Shown: in pieces, positions 59,275 through 64,000 of the stretch
Numbering within the stretch: position 1 is the first letter of the stretch
Layout of the letters: every line of letters starts with the position of its first letter
Assembly: GCA_016180645.1 (NCBI GenBank)
Contig: JACPAV010000002.1
Coordinates: forward strand, 238,628 to 302,627
DNA: 64,000 bases
Source: Nitrospirota bacterium
Lineage (GTDB): Bacteria; JACPQY01
Reading direction: 5' to 3'
Notes under the pieces: generated by a model
What the model was told of the DNA's origin: nothing
The model's input: only the letters and a program-made list of their open reading frames with translations
Database searches by the model: none
Position numbers and translations under genes: made by a program

Positions 59275-61071
59275 GTGGATCGGATCGTCATTCTTGATGC
59301 CGGAGGGCAGTACACCCACCTGATTGCGCGAAACGTCCGGGAGCTCGGTGTCTATTCGGAGATCGTGGAGTTCGCAGCGGCCGGTGAGAGATCAAAGGGC
59401 GCCAAGGGGATTATCATTTCAGGTGGGCCGAGAAGCGTTCTCGAAGCAGACAGTCCGCGACTGGATCGTTCGTTCTTCGAAAAACTCCGCTGGCCCGCAC
59501 TGGGTATTTGCTACGGTCACCAGCTCCTCGCGTACGCTCTCGGCGGCGAAATCAAGCCGGGCCTCATCCGCGAGTACGGCCACGCGGCCCTCAACATTCG
59601 CAAGCCGGGATCTCTTCTGAGAGGCCTCGGGAGGCGCGAGCCGGTTTGGGTGAGTCACGGCGATACCGTTGTCCGCCCGCCGGAAGGATTCCAAATCCTC
59701 GCGTCAACCGCCGATTGCGAAATCGCAGCGATGGGCGACCCACATCGCAAGTTCTACGGCGTGCAGTTCCATCCGGAAGTCATTCACACGCCGCGGGGAA
59801 AACAAGTCCTGCGAAATTTCGTGCGCCATGTGTGCGGCTGCCAACCCACGTGGTCCGCCAAACGCCAAGTCGGAAAATTCGTGCGCGAAATCCGGGAGAA
59901 AGCCAAAGGGCGCCCTGTCCTATTTCTCGTCAGTGGGGGCGTGGATTCCACGGTCGCCTTTGTGCTCTGCGTGAAGGCGCTGGGACGAAAACGCGTACAA
60001 GGAATCTATGTAGATACGGGGCTAATGCGGAAGGACGAGACAAACCTGTTCAAAGATCGCATGGCCCGACTCGGATACGACAATATCGATGTGCTGGATC
60101 GATCCGATTCCTTCCTGGGACCTCTGCGGCACGTATCCGAACCGGAGCGTAAAAGAAAGATCATCGGTGAAGCGTTCGTCGCGGTCTATCATGAGCTGTT
60201 CAAATCATGGTCCGGAAAGGGGGATTCGTGGATGTTGGGCCAGGGCACGATCTATCCGGACACCATCGAATCCGGCGGCACGGCCCATGCCGCCCTCATC
60301 AAGACCCACCACAACCGCGTGCCCGAGATTCAGGAACTCCAGAAGCAGGACCGCCTGATCGAACCCATTCACCAACTCTACAAGGACGAGGTTCGTCAGC
60401 TCGGGCGACGCCTCGGGCTTCCGAAGACCATCCTCGGACGGCTGCCCTTCCCCGGCCCGGGCCTCGCCATCCGGTGCCTGGCCACATCCAAGGATCAAGC
60501 GGTATCCGCATTGACGCTCCCGAAGGAGATTCGGGGCCAACTCGGCGTTTCCGCCTATCGCCTGCCTGTTCGCTCCGTGGGCGTGCAAGGTGACAGCCGC
60601 ACTTACGCCCACACAGCCGTGCTGACCGGCCGCCTCAGCTTTGCTCAACTCGGAGAATTGTCCTCGGCCATCACGAACAAAATCCGCGAGATCAACCGCG
60701 TGGCGTGGTTGGTTGCCTCCCGACCGGACGCGGACGTCTTGCAGGCCCGCATCGTTCGCTCCGAGCTCACCCACGCCCGCCTAGACCTGCTGCGGGAAGC
60801 CGATGCAACCGTGAATGAAGCCATCGAGAACCTCATTGCTCGTTGCGAAATCTGGCAGTGTCCCGTGGTGCTTCTACCGCTGCGCTGGCGCGAGGGGGAA
60901 ACCGTGGTGATCCGACCGGTCAGTTCGCGGGACGGAATGACCGCAAACTTCAGCCATCTGCCTTCAGCACCGCTCCGGCGATTGGCCCGCCGCTTGCTGA
61001 ACATCCGCGGAATCGACGCTGTTCTCTACGATGTAACGAACAAACCTCCGGGAACCATTGAGTGGGAATGA
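59275..61071 (+). CDS. guaA: GMP synthase (glutamine-hydrolysing), long type
   Basis: LDAGGQY, GICYG, QFHPE, SGGVDS, IKTHHN, PFPGPGL, KPPGTIEWE. Confidence 0.97.
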   Translation: MDRIVILDAGGQYTHLIARNVRELGVYSEIVEFAAAGERSKGAKGIIISGGPRSVLEADSPRLDRSFFEKLRWPALGICYGHQLLAYALGGEIKPGLIREYGHAALNIRKPGSLLRGLGRREPVWVSHGDTVVRPPEGFQILASTADCEIAAMGDPHRKFYGVQFHPEVIHTPRGKQVLRNFVRHVCGCQPTWSAKRQVGKFVREIREKAKGRPVLFLVSGGVDSTVAFVLCVKALGRKRVQGIYVDTGLMRKDETNLFKDRMARLGYDNIDVLDRSDSFLGPLRHVSEPERKRKIIGEAFVAVYHELFKSWSGKGDSWMLGQGTIYPDTIESGGTAHAALIKTHHNRVPEIQELQKQDRLIEPIHQLYKDEVRQLGRRLGLPKTILGRLPFPGPGLAIRCLATSKDQAVSALTLPKEIRGQLGVSAYRLPVRSVGVQGDSRTYAHTAVLTGRLSFAQLGELSSAITNKIREINRVAWLVASRPDADVLQARIVRSELTHARLDLLREADATVNEAIENLIARCEIWQCPVVLLPLRWREGETVVIRPVSSRDGMTANFSHLPSAPLRRLARRLLNIRGIDAVLYDVTNKPPGTIEWE

Positions 61072-61201
61072 CGGGAAGAATGTGGGGATGTGATCATGGA
61101 GTCATGGAATCAGTTCCAATACCGAGAAGGTATCCGTCGAATGCTGATCTAATTCCTGGGACTCAGGGCTGACCGCTGAATGCTGTTGGCTGAGTGCTTC
61201 T

Positions 61202-61708
61202 CTAGTGCTTCCGTCCGTTGCCGTTTCCGTTCCCGTTGGAGAGAACGTCGATCTGAGTGAAAACCTTGTCGCACTTCTCCTTGCGCACGTGGGCAATTTC
61301 CTCACCCAGCAGGCGGCGGGCCGTTTCATACATCCGCTTTTCGCAGAAAGACAGCGGCTTCTGCTCTTTGAGTTGGCTGAGATCCCGGATGATCTGAGCC
61401 AATTCAAAGGGACTGCCGGACCGGATTTTCTGGAGGAACTCTTTGTTCCGGTCTTTCCATGATTGGGCCTTCACCGGGCCATTGGCCTTCGAAATGATGC
61501 TCATCAATTCGGAAGTCGTGTTCTTGGAAATCACCGGTCGGATACCCAGCATCGCCAAATTATCCTTCGGCACCATCACGGTCATGCTGGAACTGGCCAC
61601 GCGCAGGACGAGGACTTCCTTGTTCGATCCGTCGAATTCCTTTTGCTCTACGCTTTCAACTTTCGAGATGCCGTGGCCGGGAAAGTAGACTGTCTCGCCT
61701 TGCCTCAT
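61202..61708 (-). CDS. carD: CarD/CdnL family transcription factor
   Basis: GETVYFPGHG, MTVMVP, WKDR, LSFCEKRM. Confidence 0.9.
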   Translation of the reverse strand: MRQGETVYFPGHGISKVESVEQKEFDGSNKEVLVLRVASSSMTVMVPKDNLAMLGIRPVISKNTTSELMSIISKANGPVKAQSWKDRNKEFLQKIRSGSPFELAQIIRDLSQLKEQKPLSFCEKRMYETARRLLGEEIAHVRKEKCDKVFTQIDVLSNGNGNGNGRKH

Positions 61709-61759
61709 CGGAAGCCCCCTTCATGACTCACGCTGATCTCATTCACATTGTTTCCAAGC

Positions 61760-61788
61760 TTTATAGCAACTATTACGCAATGCGTCAA
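61760..61788 (-). promoter_or_regulatory. Sigma-70 promoter of carD
   Basis: TTGACG-N17-TATAAA with TGn extension. Confidence 0.7.
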
Positions 61789-61889
61789 GGTGAGACACCC
61801 CATTTTTCGATGGGAGAATCCTACCCCCTTGACATTTTCCCGTCGATTTTGACGCAAACGCGCATTTGCGACGCCGCACCGCCCCTGAG

Positions 61890-63734
61890 CTAATTGAGTT
61901 TCGCAATCCGCCCGCGCCGAATGGTCAGGAGGTTGAGCGATTTCTGGACCTCGCCATTGGGGAGAACGGTCATCGGACCGGTCACGCCGGGGAAATCCTT
62001 GACGTCGAGAAGCGCGTCTTTCACCTTGTTGCGCGAAAGCTGCGGGATTCCGCCCACGGTGTTGAGAACCAAGGCCGCCGTGTCGTAGGCCAACGATTCG
62101 ATGTCCCCCAAAGGCTGTCCATATTTCTGCTCAAAGAGGGTCGCGACGTTCCGGGCTTTTTCATACTCGGTCTCGGCGAAAAAGACGTCCACAAAGACGG
62201 CTCCGTCCACATGTTCGCCGGCAATCTTGACCAGTTGGGGATAGTTCCATCCGCTCGGGCCCAGCAGTTGGGCGGTCTTGATCTCATAGAACGCCAGTTG
62301 GGGTGCCAATAGCCCTACACTGTCGTAGTAATCCGGGACAAACAGCCCCGTCCTCTCCGGGGGGGGGGCGTCTTCCGGCAGGTCGGGGAATGCCTCGGCT
62401 TTGATCTTCTCGATCGGCGCCTTGAAATCGGTGGACTTGGGCTCGTAGGCCGCTTCCGAAACGAGAACCCCGCCTTGGGCCGCCAGTTCCGCCTTGAAGA
62501 GCGATTCCATATCCGTTCCGTAAGGCTCCAGCGGGAAGAGGATCGCAAACCGCTTCAGACCCAGGTTCTGCATGGCGTAGGTCACGAGGGCTCGGACTTG
62601 TGCGGAAGCGGTGAGCGCGTGCCGGAATGCGTATTCACCCAGATCCGGCAATCCCTCGCGCGGGGCCATCAACATGATCGGAAGTTTTGCAGAGTCCGCC
62701 AAAGGCCCCACGGCGGCCGCCGTCTTAGAAAGAAGAGGGCCGATGACCGACAGCACCTTTTCGTTCGCCGAGAAGGCTTTGAAGAGCGCCGCCGCCGCCT
62801 CGGGGTCACCCTTTGTGTCCTGACAATCCACGTCCACATCCTTGATCTCGCTGGAAAGCGTGTCGAGCGCCAACTCGATGCCCCGCCGGGCGCGTTGACC
62901 GTAGATCGACGGTTTTCCGGTGAGGGGAAGGAGGCAGCCGATTTTCCATTTCCCCTTTCCCAACACGGTCTTGATCTCTCCGAGCAGTTTCCGGGCTTCC
63001 TGTCCGTAGTCATCCTGGCGATCGGCGAGGGTCTCCAACAGGCTCCGCGCTTCCACGAATTCCGACTCCGCCCTCAGCGCGCGCGCGAGGGCCAGCGCCG
63101 CCATGGCGTCGAAGGGATAGACCGGCTTCAGTTCCACGATACCCCTCAATTCCTTTGGGTTGAGTTTCTGGGTGATCATCAAATCGACGCGCGAACGGAT
63201 TTCGCCGGCCTCGTCGTAATTCTGCGAGCCCTGAAGGTACTTGAGGTACCACTGGGTGCTTTCGAAGAATCGCCCCTGATCGAAATGACTTTCCGCGATG
63301 AGCGTCATCACGTGCTGCGCGAATCCCGCGTCGCCGGCAGGGTCGTAGGCTCTCGTGAACGCCTCGGCGGCCTCTTTGAAGTGGCTGAGCCCGCGTTCGA
63401 TCTGACCCAAATAGTAATGCGAGTAGCGCTGGATCTTGGAACTTTCGAAGGTTGTTCCGATCTCGAATTGCTTTCGGGCACGATCCAGATCTTTGAGTTT
63501 GTAGTAGCACTGACCCAGGCGATAGTGGGCGTTTGGGGCGCGCACGGAGGCCGGATACGTCTTCAAGAATTCTTCGAAACGCTGGGCGGCGGCGGTGAAA
63601 TCGCCCTCCTTGTAGGATGCCTCCCCGTCGTCGTAGAGGCGTATGCCCGCTTGAGGAACCGTTTCCTGTCCCCACGCCGTCGTAGTGAGCAGACCAAGGA
63701 AAAGGATCCCGAACCAATGCGCCGCGAAGGGCAT
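61890..63734 (-). CDS. TPR (BamD/CpoB-like) plus type-1 periplasmic-binding domain protein, LpoA/LppC-like
   Basis: Signal peptide; FLKTYP..APNAHYRLG TPRs; IGCLLPLTG, IGPLLS, FPGVTG. Confidence 0.82.
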   Translation of the reverse strand: MPFAAHWFGILFLGLLTTTAWGQETVPQAGIRLYDDGEASYKEGDFTAAAQRFEEFLKTYPASVRAPNAHYRLGQCYYKLKDLDRARKQFEIGTTFESSKIQRYSHYYLGQIERGLSHFKEAAEAFTRAYDPAGDAGFAQHVMTLIAESHFDQGRFFESTQWYLKYLQGSQNYDEAGEIRSRVDLMITQKLNPKELRGIVELKPVYPFDAMAALALARALRAESEFVEARSLLETLADRQDDYGQEARKLLGEIKTVLGKGKWKIGCLLPLTGKPSIYGQRARRGIELALDTLSSEIKDVDVDCQDTKGDPEAAAALFKAFSANEKVLSVIGPLLSKTAAAVGPLADSAKLPIMLMAPREGLPDLGEYAFRHALTASAQVRALVTYAMQNLGLKRFAILFPLEPYGTDMESLFKAELAAQGGVLVSEAAYEPKSTDFKAPIEKIKAEAFPDLPEDAPPPERTGLFVPDYYDSVGLLAPQLAFYEIKTAQLLGPSGWNYPQLVKIAGEHVDGAVFVDVFFAETEYEKARNVATLFEQKYGQPLGDIESLAYDTAALVLNTVGGIPQLSRNKVKDALLDVKDFPGVTGPMTVLPNGEVQKSLNLLTIRRGRIAKLN

Positions 63735-63778
63735 CCGTCGGCGATTCGAGAAGTCAGAATGGGCTCTTGCGAACCCGA

Positions 63779-64000
63779 TCACGACTTCCAGAACTTCCTC
63801 GCTTTTTCGAGGAAGCTTCGCCTCCGGGGGGCTTCCGAATCCTGGCTGACCCGTGCAAACTCCTCCAGGAGCCGCTTCTGCTCGCGCGAGAGACGATCGG
63901 GAACTTCGACAAAGATTCTGATCAAGAGGTCGCCGCGCCGCCCCGAACGAAGGTCCGGAATGCCACACCCCTTCACGCGCAGGGTATCGCCGGTCTGAGT
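63779..64000 (-). CDS. dnaJ: DnaJ chaperone, C-terminal end (truncated by window)
   Basis: TQTGDTLRVKGCG...RGDLLI...VEVPDRLSREQKRLLEEF. Confidence 0.88.
   Translation of the reverse strand, partial: TQTGDTLRVKGCGIPDLRSGRRGDLLIRIFVEVPDRLSREQKRLLEEFARVSQDSEAPRRRSFLEKARKFWKS

Overview
GC-rich bacterial chromosomal segment from a diderm organism (porin, lipoproteins, BamD/LpoA-like protein, sigma-54 system; gene style loosely resembles Deltaproteobacteria/Nitrospirota, but taxonomy cannot be fixed from this window). In order: (1) a TetR-headed cluster that probably acts on hydrophobic substrates (haloalkane dehalogenase, SCP2, LLM monooxygenase, SDR, two DUF3604-like lipoproteins, PpiC, HupE/UreJ); (2) a DUF2225-like protein and a PocR-type sigma-54 activator; (3) a small accessory island with two TA pairs and two genes that each start right after an integron-type GTTRRRY core; (4) the nusA-infB-DUF503-rbfA-nrnA-truB-rpsO-pnp-M16 operon; (5) a sigma-54 promoter driving a ~110-nt structured leader and an unknown C2H2-type zinc-finger protein; (6) a sigma-54/NtrC-box nitrogen operon glnB-glnA-porin-amt-amt, preceded by a glnE split into two ORFs; (7) two CDP-alcohol phosphotransferases plus two radical SAM enzymes, bracketed by twin palindromes; (8) a 1805-aa Cys-rich surface protein with a lipoprotein partner, aguAB, a divergent GT2 pair, ETF-QO, a retropepsin, long-type guaA, carD, a TPR/periplasmic-binding protein and the 3' end of dnaJ. 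GTAG-type REP doublets (several nested in MITE-like shells) and heptamer microsatellites are scattered throughout. No rRNA, tRNA, CRISPR array or transposase was seen. All calls are from motif recognition by eye; no database search was run.
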